From Octopus sinensis (Eukaryota), in contig NC_043026.1 of assembly GCF_006345805.1 (NCBI RefSeq), forward strand, positions 14,363,579-14,427,578: a DNA stretch of 64,000 nt, in the 5' to 3' direction. A program made the translations under genes and the position numbers. The notes under the pieces were generated by a model. The model had not been told where the DNA came from. It was given only the letters and a program-made list of their open reading frames with translations, and did no database searches. Shown one piece after another: positions 12,366 through 25,329 of the stretch; position 1 is the stretch's first letter, and every line of letters begins with the position of its first letter.

Positions 12366-12749
12366 TGGAAGCACTCCGTCGGTTACGACGACGAGGGTTC
12401 CGGTTGATCCGAATCAACAGAACAGCCTGCTCGTGAAATTAACATGTAAGTGGCTGAGCACTCCACAGACACATGTACCCTTAACGTAGTTCTCGGGGAT
12501 ATTCAGCGTGACATAGAGAGTGACAAGGCCGGCCCTTTGAAATACAGGTACAACAGAAACAGGAAGTAAGAGTGAGAGAAAGTTGTGGTGAAAGAGTACA
12601 GCAGGGATCACCACCATCCCCTGCCGGAGCCTCGTGAAGCTTTAGGTGTTTTCGCTCAATAAACACTCACAACGCCCGGTCTGGGAATCGAAAACCGCGA
12701 TCCTACGACCGCGAGTCCGCTGCCCTAACCACTGGGCCATTGCACCTCC
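12366..12749 (-). mobile_element. SINE family B
   Basis: Full head-to-tail match to 4819-5207; lies in (TA)n. Confidence 0.9.
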
Positions 12750-13388
12750 ATATATATATATATATATGTTAGTAAATAAATGGAGTTGAACGCAGATGCT
12801 ATTCAAATTCTTTTACTTTCGCCATATGTTTCAAAGACAACATTGGTTTTATTCCAAAGGAATAAATGGGGTAAAATGCAATCCTCTCATCAGGAAAGAA
12901 AGTGAGCCTATCTCAACAACAAGACATTATAACAATTACGATGACTGCCTAAATGATAAACAGAACGTTATTAAGTAGTTAAAAAAACCGTTGGTAGATT
13001 CGACATGAAAGGCAGATAGTAGGAAGAGAAGGGGTAAAGAAATAATAAGTAGAGAACAAATGAAGAGGTATATATTGGTTGAAAAAATGTTATATATACA
13101 TCTGTACACACAAGCACACATCTATGTATATAAATGTGTGTGTGTGTGTATCTGGGATAATTATAGAAACTAAATTACAATTCTGAATTTCAAATATTAA
13201 ATGATCAGATAATGATCAGACAAATTATTTTACCCAACAATATTGGAATATTCAAAATATAGCAATTATATCTAATCCAAAAATGTTGGTTAAGGTAATT
13301 TGCCTAGTTGCAGCTCAATTAATTCTTTAATTGAACATGAAACTTGTGATTACGGTGTATTTACAATAATGAATGGTATTACTTGTAG

Positions 13389-13412
<24 letters not shown>

Positions 13413-13419
<7 letters not shown>

Positions 13420-13661
13420 TAAATTAGAGATAAAACCAAATAAAAAACTTAAGCCAATACATAAGATTAATTAATTTATATTATTTAAATATATATCAAA
13501 ATTATTAAAAAAGATAATTAATTGTGTTATATTAATTAATTATCTTTTTTAATAATTTTGATATATATTTAAATAATATAAATTAATTAATCTTATGTAT
13601 TGGCTTAAGTTTTTCATTGTATGATTTGCCTAATAGTGGTTTTATCTCTAATTTAATATAA
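13413..13661. repeat. AT-rich foldback palindrome in a Penelope-like repeat
   Basis: ~80-bp near-perfect arms (13444-13523 / 13534-13613), 10-nt spacer, plus outer arms; the end sequence recurs at 40570. Confidence 0.85.
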
Positions 13662-13743
13662 TATAATATTTTAGTATAAAATCGGATTCAATCCTAAATC
13701 TGATTTTTCCCTGTAAGTTTGGATTTATACCCTAATATTTTAT

Positions 13744-13776
<33 letters not shown>

Positions 13777-14404
13777 ACACACATATGCACTCACATCATC
13801 ATCATCATCATCATCATTTAACGTCCGTTCTCCATGCTAGCATGGGTTGGACGGTTCAACTGGGGTCTGTGAAGCCAGAAGGCTGCTTCAGGCCCAGTCT
13901 GATCTGGCAGTGTTTCTACGGCTGGATGCCCTTTCTAACGCCAACCACTCCATAAGTGTAGTGGGTGCTTTTTACGTGCCACCCGCACAGGTGCCAGACA
14001 GAGCTGGCAGATGGCCACAGACGGATGGTGCTTTTACGTGCCACCGGCACAGGGGCCAGGCGAGGCTGGCAACGGCCACGAACAGATGGTGCTTTTGACA
14101 AATATATTTGTTCTTATGTGTATGTATACTTTTTTACTTGTTTCAGTCATTTGACTGCGGTCATGCTGGAGCACCGCCTTTTAGTAAAAGAGTAAAGAGT
14201 ATATGTCACACTAACTTCTTTTAATTAATTCAAGTTTGTGGATGTGAGTTCAAATTTTGGTCCTGTCCAATGTAATCTTTTACACTGTGTGGAAGCACTC
14301 CGTGTTGGGTTTCGTCTCTCATTTATTCATTATATTTCATTTTCATTCATTAATGTGTTTGTCCAGACCGCAAGGCTCTTTGTACTGTCTATATGACAAA
14401 TTTT

Positions 14405-16815
14405 ATGAAATAAAGTAGCTTGCTTACCAACCACATGTTTCCGGGTTCAGTCCCACTGCGTGGCACCTTGGGCAAGTGTCTTCTACTATAGCCTCGGGCC
14501 GACCAAACCCTTGTGAGTGGATTTGGTAGACGGAAACTGGAAGAAGCCCGTCGTATATATGTATATATATATATGTGTGTATATGTTTGAGTGTCTGTGT
14601 TTGTCCCCCCCACCATTGCTTGACAACCGATGCTGGTGTGTTTATGTACCCTGTAACTTAGTGGTTCAGCAAAAGAGACTGATAGAATAAGTACTAGGCT
14701 TACAAAGAATAAGTCCTGGGGTCGATTTACTCGACTAGAAGGCGGTGTGTCCAGCATGGCCGCAGTCAAATGACTGAAACAAGTAAAAAGAGACCGATTG
14801 AATAAGTACTAGGCTTACAAAGAATAAGTCCTGGGGTCGATTTACTCGACTAGAAGGCGGTGTTCCAGCATGGCCGCAGTCAAATGACTGAAACGAGTAA
14901 AAGAGACTGATAGAATAAGTACTAGGCTTACAAAGAATAAGTCCTGGGGTCGATTTACTCTACTAGAAGGCGGTGTTCCAGCATGGCCGCAGTCAAATGA
15001 CTGAAACAAGTAAAAGAGACCGATAGAATAAGTACTAGGCTTACAAAGAATAAGTCCTGGGGTCGATTTACTCGACTAGAAGGCGGTGTTCCAGCATGGC
15101 CGCAGTCAAATGACTGAAACGAGTAAAAGAGACCGATAGAATAAGTACTAGGCTTACAAAGAATAAGTCCTGGGGTCGATTTACTCGACTAGAAGGCGGT
15201 GTTCCAGCATGGCCGCAGTCAAATGACTGAAACAAGTAAAAGAGACCGATAGAATAAGTACTAGGCTTACAAAGAATAAGTCCTGGGGTAGATTTACTCG
15301 ACTAGAAGGCGGTGTTCCAGCATGGCCGCAGTCAAATGACTGAAACGAGTAAAAGAGACCGATAGAATAAGTACTAGGCTTACAAAGAATAAGTCCTGGG
15401 GTCGATTTACTCGACTAGAAGGCGGTGTTCCAGCATGGCCGCATTCAAATGACTGAAACAAGTAAAAGAGACGATAGAATAATACTAGGCTTACAAAGAT
15501 AAGTCCTGGGGTAGATTTACTCGACTAGAAGGCGGTGTTCCAGCATGGCCGCAGTCAAATGACTGAAACAGTAAAAGAACCGATAGAATAAGTACTAGCT
15601 TACAAAGAATAAGTCCTGCTTGGTCGATTTACTCGACTAGAAGGCGGTGTTCCAGCATGGCCGCAGTCAAATGACTGAAACAATAAAAGAGACCGATAGA
15701 ATAAGTACTAGGCTTACAAAGAATAAGTCCTGGGGTCGATTTGCTCGACTAAAAGGCGGTGCTCCAGCATGGCCGCAGTCAAATGACTGAAACAAGTAAA
15801 AAGACCGATAGAATAAGTACTAAGGGCTTACAAAGAATAAGTCCTGGGGTCGATTTGCTCGACTAAAGGCGGTGCTCCAGCATGGCCGCAGTCCAATGAC
15901 TGAAACAAGTAAAAGAGACCGATAGAATAAGTACTAGGCTTACAAAGAATAAGTCCTGGGGTCGATTTGCTCGACTAAAGGCGGTGCTCCAGCATGGCCG
16001 CAGTCAAATGACTGAACAAGTAAAAGAGACCGATAGAATAAGTACTGGGCTTACAAAGAATAGTCCTGGGGTCGATTTACTCGACTAGAAGGCAGTGCTC
16101 CAGCATGGCCACAGTCAAATAACTCAAACCAGTAAAAGAGACCGATAGAATAAGTACTGGCTTACAAAGAATAAGTCCCCGGGGTCGATTTGCTTGACTA
16201 AAGGCGGTGCTCCAGCATGGCCGCAGTCAAATGACTGAAACAAGTAAAAAGAGACCGATTGAATAAGTACTAGGCTTACAAGAATAAGTCCTGGGGTCGA
16301 TTTGCTCGACAAAGGCGGTGCTCCAGCATGGCCGCAGTCAAATGACTGAAACAAGTAAGAGAACCGATTAATAAGTACTAGGCTTACAAAGATAAGTCCT
16401 GGGGTCGATTTACTCGACTAGAAGGCGTTGTTCCAGCATGGCCGCAGTCAAATGACTGAAACAAGAAAAGAGACCGATAGAATAAGTACTAGGCTTACAA
16501 AGAATAAGCCTGGGGTCGATTTACTCGACTAAAGGCGGTGTTCCAGTATGGCCAACAGTCAAATGACTGAACAAGTAAAAGAGACCGATAGAATAAGTAC
16601 GGCTTACAAAGAATAAGTCCTGGGGTCGATTACTCGACTAAAAGCGGTGTTCCAGTATGGCCACAGTCAATGACTGAAACAAGTAAAAGAGAGACCGATA
16701 GATAAGTACTAGGCTTACAATAATAAGTCCTGGGGTCGATTTACTCGACTAGAAGGCGGTGTTCCAGCATGGCCACAGTCAAATGACTGAAACAAGTGAA
16801 AAGAGAGTAAAGAGA
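14405..16815 (+). repeat. SINE family A followed by ~19 tandem copies of its 113-bp 3' segment
   Basis: Unit GAGACCGATAGAATAAGTACTAGGCTTACAAAGAATAAGTCCTGGGGTCGAT..CCAGCATGGCCGCAGTCAAATGACTGAAACAAGTAAAA, from ~14672. Confidence 0.95.
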
Positions 16816-16949
16816 GTTTAGGTCTCCCTCCACACAGACTGTAGTTTAAAAAAAAGGAACACCAATCATGCTACTGCATAATTTAGTGCATCCACAGCGG
16901 TGTAGTGGTAACAAAACATAATAATCAGTTAAGACACACATTATCAAGA

Positions 16950-17130
16950 CCATTATTTTCAATGGGTGCAACAACAGAGAGGATGCAATTATACACAGAA
17001 TTTCAGATGTGCCCTTTCAAAAGAAGAATCCAGTCTCCAGAATACCTAAACTTTGGTCTTTCGATCAATGAATCCTGGGGGTCAAACACTGACATTTGTG
17101 GGACTGCATTTTCAGGACCGCTACTTTGAT
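16950..17130 (+). mobile_element. Helitron PIF1-like helicase C-terminal relic
   Basis: KRRIQSPEYLNFGLSINESWG plus frameshifted QTLTFVGLHFQD resembles QFPxRLAFAMTINKSQGQTLxxVGL. Confidence 0.6.
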
Positions 17131-17207
17131 AATGGTAATAAAGGATGCTGAAGAGTAACAAAGCCCCGCCACCTATCCATAATCTCTTTATTCATGTTGA
17201 TAATGGA

Positions 17208-17592
17208 TGGAAGCACTCCGTCGGTTATGACAATGATGAGGGTTCCGGTTGATCCGAATCAACGGAACAGCCTGCTCGGGAAATTAACGTGTAAGTGGCT
17301 GAGCACTCCACAGACACGTGTACCCTTAACGTAGTTCTCGAGGATATTCAGCATGACACAGAGAGTTACAAGGCCGGCCCCTCAAATACAGGTACAACAG
17401 AAACAGGAAGTAAGAGTGAGAGAAAGTTGTGGTGAAAGAGTACAGCAGGGATCACCACCATCCCTGCCGGAGCCTCGTGGAGCTTTTAGGTGTTTTCGCT
17501 CAATAAACACTCACAACGCCCGGTCTGGGAATCGAAACCGCAATCCTACGACCGCGAGTCCACTGCCCTAACCACTGGGCCATTGCACCTCC
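17208..17592 (-). mobile_element. SINE family B
   Basis: Full-length match to 4819-5207. Confidence 0.9.
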
Positions 17593-17674
17593 CATGTTGA
17601 TAATATAACCATAACACAGAGTACCTGAAATGCTAACTTGAAAATATTTAGTCTTGCCAAGTTTATGAGTATAG

Positions 17675-18092
17675 AACTCTTTACTCTCTTTACTCTTTTA
17701 CTTGTTTCAGTCATTTGACTGCGGCCATGCTGGAGCACCGCCTTTAGTCGAGCAACTCGACCCCGGGACTTATTCTTTGTAAGCCCAATACTTATTCTAT
17801 CGGTCTTTTTTTGCTGAACCGCTAGGTGACGGGGACGTAAACACACCAGCATCGGTTGTCAAGCAATGCTAGGGGGACAAACACAGACACACAAACACAC
17901 ACACATACATATATATATTTACATATATACGACAGGCTTCTTTCAGTTTCCGTCTACTAAATCCACTCACAAGACATTGGTCAGCCCGGGGCTATAGCAG
18001 AAGACACTTACCCAAGATGCCATGCAGTGGGACTGAACCCGGAACCATGTGGTTGGTTAGCAAGCTACTTACCACACAGCCACTCCTGCGCC
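17675..18092 (-). mobile_element. SINE family A
   Basis: Full length. Further copies at 11575(-), 18548(+), 19435(-), 20078(+), 20530(-), 29030(-), 30555(+), 32597(-), 41415(-), 41825(-), 44460(+), 58670(+) and 60240(-). Confidence 0.9.
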
Positions 18093-18251
18093 TAATAACA
18101 TATAAACTAGAACTTATTGTTACTCCCTAATATCAATTCTTAACCAATACTTGTAATGCAGTTCCAATAATTGGATGTGTGTGTTTTCACCAAAATACAC
18201 TAATTGCCATAAATTAGAAGAATGGCTTTTTTTCCATGACTAGTTTACTCC

Positions 18252-18477
18252 TTAACCCTTTTGTTACCATATTTCTGTTGAGATGCTCTGTGCTTCTTCC
18301 AATTTCTTTAAATATAACAAAGAATTTACTAAAATAACTTAGTCATCATTCAGCTAGTGTTAGGAAGAAATTGTGACTAAGATTTGATAGAAGATGTCGA
18401 TTCAAAACTTATAGAAACAAGACATATGTACTCAGAGCAAGAGCCGGTTTCAGCAGGTTTGGTAACGAAAGGGTTAA
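18252..18477. mobile_element. TTAA-flanked piggyBac-type MITE, second family
   Basis: ttaaCCCTTTTGTTACC...GGTAACGAAAGGGttaa; relatives at 49509-50047, 57740-57967 and 57990-58218. Confidence 0.8.
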
Positions 18478-20244
18478 CACTCAAGTTTTAATTCACTTTC
18501 AAATTATTTTAAGAAGTTCAAGAATATATATAAAACAATGTACTATGTAGGCACAGGAGTGGCTGTGTGGTAAGTAGCTTGCTAACCAACCACATGGTTC
18601 CGGGTTCAGTCCCACTGCTTGGCATCTTGAGCAAGTGTCTTCTGCTATAGCCCCGGGTCAACCAAAGTCTTGTGAGTGGATTTGGTAGACGGAAACTGAA
18701 AGAAGACTGTCGTATATATATATGTATATGTATGTGTGTGTTTGTGTGTCTGTGTTTGTCCCCCTAGCATTGCTTGACAACCGAATGCTGGTGTGTTTAC
18801 GTCCCCATCACTTAGCGGTTCGGCAAAAGAGACCGATTGAATAAGTACTGGGCTTACAAAGAATAAGTCCCGGGGTCGATTTGCTCGACTAAAAGGCAGT
18901 GCTCCAGCATTGCTGCAGTCAAATGACTGAAACAAGTAAAAGAGTAAAAAAGAGTAAAGAGTATGTTCTATAATAGTTTCAAAGGGAAAAAATGTATTCA
19001 CATTAACTCATTCCATTGTTCTTATTTAATATACCCGAATAAGATGAATATCATTTGCATACTTCAATTAGTAAATATTCTACAGTTATTGACTTGAGTA
19101 CCTATCAATAGTATTACATTAGGCACCAGACTGCTGTGTAATTGGAAAACAATTCCATTTTTTTTTTACATGAAAGATAGCTTTTCAAGAGAAATGCAAT
19201 AGTGTTCAATTAAACAGAATATACCTTCACACAAACACATACATTTGTGCATGTAATAATAAACGTATAAATATACGTACACTCACACATTTAAATTGTT
19301 ACTATATGGATAATTCTTAGTAAGCAAAACTCAATCTGAAGACTATATAAATACATACATACATTTACACATTCGTACATACATACATAAATACATACAG
19401 ACAGACATACATACGGACATACATACATACACACTCTTACTCTTTTTACTCTTTTACTCTTTTACATATTTCAGTCATTTGACTGCGGCCATGCTGGAGC
19501 ACCGCCTTTAGTCGAGCAACTCGACCCCGGGACTTATTCTTTGTAAGCCCAATACTTATTCTATCGGTCTCTTTTGCCGAACCGCTAAGTAACGGGGACG
19601 TAAACACACCAGCATCGGTTGTCAAGCAATGCTAGGGGGACAAACACAGACACACAAACATAAACACACACACACATATATATATATATACATATATACG
19701 ACAGGCTTCTTTCAGTTTCCGTCTACCAAATCCACTCACAAGGCATTGGTCGGCCCGGGGCTATAGCAGAAGACACTTGCCCAAGATGCCACGCAGTGGG
19801 ACTGAACCTGGAACCATCTGGTTGGTAAGCAAGCTACATACCACACAGCCACTCCTGCACCTATCATCCTCATCATTTAACATCTGTTTTCTATGCAGGC
19901 ATGGGTTGGACTGCTTCACTGAAATCTGGTAAGCCGGGGAGCTACACTTATTCCAATCTGGTTTGGCATGGTTTCTACATCTGGGACCCTTCCTGATGCT
20001 AACCACTCCAACAATGTCCTGGGTGCTTTTTACATGCCACTGGCACAGGTGCCTTTGGTATGACACTGGCATTGGCCACGCAGGAGTGGCTGTGTGGTAG
20101 GTAGCTTGTTTACTAACCACATGGTTCCGGGTTCAGTCCCACTGCGTGGCATCTTGGGCAAGTGTCTTCTGCTATAGCCTCGGGCCGACCAATGCCTTGT
20201 GAGTGGATTTGGTAGACGGAAACTGAAAGAAACCCATCGTATAT

Positions 20245-20294
<50 letters not shown>

Positions 20295-21114
20295 ATATGT
20301 TTGTGTGTCTGTGTTTGTACCCCTAGCATTGCTTGAGAACCGATGCTGGTGTGTTTACTTCCCCGTCACTTAGCGATTCGGCAAAACAGACCGATAGAAT
20401 AAGTACTGGGCTTACAAAGAATAAGTCCCGGGGTCGATTTGCTCGACTAAAGGTGGTGCTCCAGCATGGCCGCTGTCAAATGTCTGAAAAATGTCTGAAA
20501 CACTCAAACAACTGGCACTGGCATCACACATACTCTTTACTCTTTTACTCTTTTATTTGTTTCAGTCTGCGGCCATGCTGGAGCACCGCCTTTAGTCGAG
20601 CAAATCAACCCCGGGACTTATTCTTTGTAAGCCCAGTACTTATTCTATCAGTCTCTTTTGCCGAACCGCTAAGTGACGGGGACGTAAACACACCAGCATC
20701 GGTTGTCAAGCAATGCTAGGGGAACAAACATAGACACACAAACACACACATATATATATATACATATATACGACAGGCTTCTTTCAGTTTCCGTCTACCA
20801 AATCCACTCACAAGGCATTGGTCGGCCCGGGGCTATAGCAGAAGACACTTGCCCAAGATGCCACGCAGTGGGACTGAACCCGCAACCATGTGGTTGGTTA
20901 GCAAGCTACTTACCACACAGCCACTGCGCCTATATGAATATAATAAGAACTGGTGGTGGTTTGGTCCGTACATTTTACAGTTGTTCACTGGATGAAGAAG
21001 AATGAGACATTTTATACCTGAATTAAAAAAAAAAACAGTGATGCTCAGATCTGGAGCAAATGCACTCGATAACACGGATAATTCTTACTAAGCAAACTCA
21101 ATCTGAAGAATGAA

Positions 21115-21681
21115 TGAATGAATACATACATACATACATACATACATACATACATGCATACATACATACATAAATACATACATACACACACATACATACA
21201 TAGAAACATACATACATATATACACACATACACACACACACTTACACTTACACATACATACATACATACATACATACATACATACATACATACACATGCA
21301 TACAACATACTACAAAATACATACATACACACACATACATACATAAACATACATACATAATACACACATACACACACACACTTACACTTACACATACACA
21401 CATACATACATACATACATACATACATACATACATACATACATACATACATACATGCATACATACATAAATACATACACACACAACATACATAGAAAATA
21501 CATACATATAACACACACATACACACAACACACTTAACTTACACACACCACACACACACAACACCCACTACCTACATACATACATACCTACCTACATACC
21601 TACCTACCTACCTGCCTACATACATACATACATACATACATACCTACCTACCTACCTACCTACCTACCTACCTACCTACCT

Positions 21682-21712
<31 letters not shown>

Positions 21713-21817
21713 TACATACATACATACATACACACATGCATACATACATACACACATACATACATACATACATACCTACCTACCTACCTACGTACCTACC
21801 TACCTACCTACCTACAT

Positions 21818-21848
<31 letters not shown>

Positions 21849-22384
21849 TACACACACATACATACATACATACATACATACATACATAAACATGGCTGAC
21901 ACTGTGTATAACATCGGCTGAAATAGAACATGACTGAATACAACAAATGGGATAGTCATGGCTGGAATAAGTATAAAGTTTAGAATTGCTGGAGTAGACC
22001 ATGGCTGGGGCTAAATAGCAATGTTAATGACTTTATCAATCAACATCAGTACATAGCTGATTCATGTATATTTTTTAATGGACACAGGAAAGATGAAAGG
22101 CAGAGACAAACCTCATGGGATTTGAACCGACGATATACATCAATGTAACTAAATGTATACATTTATTAATTAGGCTGTAGAGTGTGTCTACATACAAATA
22201 TACACACCACACACACACACACACTACATATGCTATATATATATATATATATAAGCATACATATGTATATATTTATACATATATATACATACATATATAT
22301 ATATACATATATATACATACATATATATATATATATACATACATATATACATACATATAGATATATATACATATATATACATAC

Positions 22385-22421
<37 letters not shown>

Positions 22422-22423
22422 CA

Positions 22424-22461
<38 letters not shown>

Positions 22462-22643
22462 CATATATATATATACATATATACACATATATATATACAC
22501 ATATACACACATATATATACACATATATATACATATACACACATATATATAAATACATATATATACATACATATACATACATATATACATATATATATAC
22601 ATATATACATATATATATACATATATATACATATACATACATT

Positions 22644-22679
<36 letters not shown>

Positions 22680-22728
22680 CATACACATACATATACATAC
22701 ATACATATACATACATACATACACATAC

Positions 22729-22765
<37 letters not shown>

Positions 22766-22846
22766 CATATATATATATATATATGCATATGTATATATAT
22801 GTGTGTGTGTATATTTATATATGCTCATATATGTGTGTGTTGTATG

Positions 22847-22880
<34 letters not shown>
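21115..22880. repeat. Compound microsatellites (TACA)n, (TACC)n and (TA/CA)n
   Basis: Two blocks, 21115-21890 and 22200-22880; source of many spurious ORFs. Confidence 0.95.
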
Positions 22881-22881
<1 letters not shown>

Positions 22882-23184
22882 GTGCATACAATGAATTCTG
22901 AGAAAAACTGAGCTGAGAGAAAAACTGGGTAAAAAAAAACAAAAAGAAACGGAATCAATAGTTGTGTGCAAGAATGAGGATAATACTAGTACAGACATGT
23001 AACGCGTGTGGGTGATGATGAAGGGGGATGAAGGAGTGCTCGGACAATTCGTCGTGTGAAAGGATCTGATAGAAAGAAGACCGAAAGAAAACAGGTAAGA
23101 AGTGGTGAAGAGAAATGTCAGGTTGGCAAACCTCAACGAAAGAGGTGACAAAGGAATAAGCAAGCAATGGAATGCTAAAGCAGA

Positions 23185-24432
23185 AGCGAGCTGGCAGAAT
23201 GGTTAGCACGCCGGGCGAAATGCGTAGCCGTATTTCGTCTGCCGTTACGTTCTGAGTTCAAATTCTGCTGAGGTCGACTTTGCCTTTCATCCTTTCGGGG
23301 GTCGATTAAATTAAGTACCAAATACGCACTGGGGTCGATGTAATCAACTTAATACGCACTGGGGTCGATGTAATCGACTTAATACCTATGTTTGTCCCCT
23401 CTATGTTTAGCCCCTTGTGGGTAATAAAGAAATAGGTATTTCATCTGCCGTTACGTTCTGAGTTGAAATTCCGATGTGTTTAAGGCGGCGAGCTGGCAGA
23501 AACGTTAGCACGCCAGGCGAAATGCGTAGCCGTATTTCCTCTGCCGTTACGTTCTGAGTTCAAATTCCGCCGAGGTCGACTTTGCCTTTCATCCTTTCAG
23601 GGGTCGATTAAATAAGTACCAGTTACGTACTGGGGTCGATGTAATCGACTTAATACCTTTGTCTGTCCTTGTTTGTCCCCTCTATGTTTAGCCCCTTGTG
23701 GGTAATAAAGAAATAGGTATTTCGTCTGCCGTTACGTTCTGAGTTCAAATTCCGCCGAGGTCGACTTTGCCTTTCATCCTTTCAGGGGTCGATTAAATAA
23801 GTACCAGTTATGCACTGGGGTCGATATAATCGACTTAATCCCTTTGTCTGTCCTTGTTTGTCCCCTCTATGTTTAGCCCCTTGTGGGTAGTAAAGAAATA
23901 GGTATTTCGTTTGCCCCTACGTTCTGAGTTCAACTTTGCCTTTCATCCTTTCGGGGTCGATAAATTAAGTACCAGTTACGCACTGGGGTCGATATAATCG
24001 ACTTAATACCTTTGTCTGTCCTTGTTTGTCCCCTCTATGTTTAGCCCCTTGTGGGTAATAAAGAAATAGGTATTTCGTCTGCCGTTACGTTCTGAGTTCA
24101 AATTCCGCCGAGGTCGACTTTCCCTTTCATCCTTTCGGGGTTGATAAATTAAGTACCAAATACGCACTGGGGTCGATGTAATCGACTTAATCCGTGTGTC
24201 CTTGTTTGTCCCCTCTGTGTTTAGCCCCTTGTGGGTAGTAAAGAAATAGGTATTTCGTCTGCCGTTATGTTCTGAGTTGAAATTCCGCTGAGGTCCACTT
24301 TGCCTTTCATCCTTTCGGGGTCGATTAAATAAGTACCAGTTACGCCCTGGGGTCGATATAATCGACTTAATCCCTTTGTCTGTCCTTGTTTGCCCCCTCT
24401 ATGTTTAGCCCCTTGTGGGTAGTAAAGAAATA
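23185..24432 (+). repeat. SINE family M cluster: two heads, the second followed by five tandem ~180-bp bodies
   Basis: Heads near 23185 and 23487; junction AAAGAAATAGGTA|TTTCGTCTGCCG is repeated. Confidence 0.9.
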
Positions 24433-24752
24433 AGAATGCTATGCTGGAGAGAATTTCTCCAATCTATGCAAGCATTTCTATGCATAGGCATGGCTGGCTG
24501 ACATGTAAAAGCACTGTTCGAGCGTGCCAGTTACTAGTGTTGCCTGACTGGCATCTGTGTCGGTGACACGTAAAAGCACCAACCGATCATGGCCGTTTGC
24601 CAGCCTGCTCTGGCTCCTGTGCCGGTGGCACGTAAAAAAACACCCACTACACTCACGGAGTAGTTGGCGTTAGGAAGGGCATCCAGCTGTAGAAACACTG
24701 CCAAATCAGACTGAAGCAGCCTCCATGACTTACCAGACCCCGGTCGAACCTA

Positions 24753-25163
24753 TTTCTTTACTACCTACAAGGGCCTAAACACAGAGGGGACAAACAAGGA
24801 CAGACAAACAGATTAAGTCGATTACATCGACCCCAGTGCGTAACTGGTACTTAATTTATTGACCCCGAAAGGATGAAAGGCAAAGTCGACCTCAGCAGAA
24901 TTTGAACTCAGAACATAATGGCAGACAAAATACCTATTTTTAACTACCCACAAGGGGCTAAACACAGAGGGGACAAACAAAGACAGACAAACGGATTAAG
25001 TCGATTACATCGACTCCAGTGCGTAACTGGTACTTAATTTATCGACCTCGAAAGGATGAAAGGCAAAGTCGACCTCGGCAGAATTTGAACTCAGAACGTA
25101 ACGGTAGACGAAATACGGCTACGCATTTCGCCCGGCGTGCTAACGTTTCTGCCAGCTCGCTGC
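24753..25163 (-). mobile_element. SINE family M dimer inserted into a family R element
   Basis: Family R sequence resumes after the insert; imperfect TSD cggtcgaacc / cggtcaaacc. Confidence 0.8.
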
Positions 25164-25329
25164 CTCGGTCAAACCGTCCAACCCATGCTAGCATGGAAAA
25201 CGGATGTTAAATGATGATGATCGGGTTGTGGAAGGGAAGTGAAGAAACAAGTGGGTTGGGGTGAGGGTGACAGAGAACTGAAAGTGAAAGTCCAGTTAGC
25301 TCAAAGGAACAGAGGCTAGTATAGTAACA

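Noticed and set aside
22166-22942. Long ORFs of Y/I/C/V/H, also the KER-, LLL-, TTT- and VVV-rich ORFs elsewhere
   Set aside because: Translations of microsatellites.
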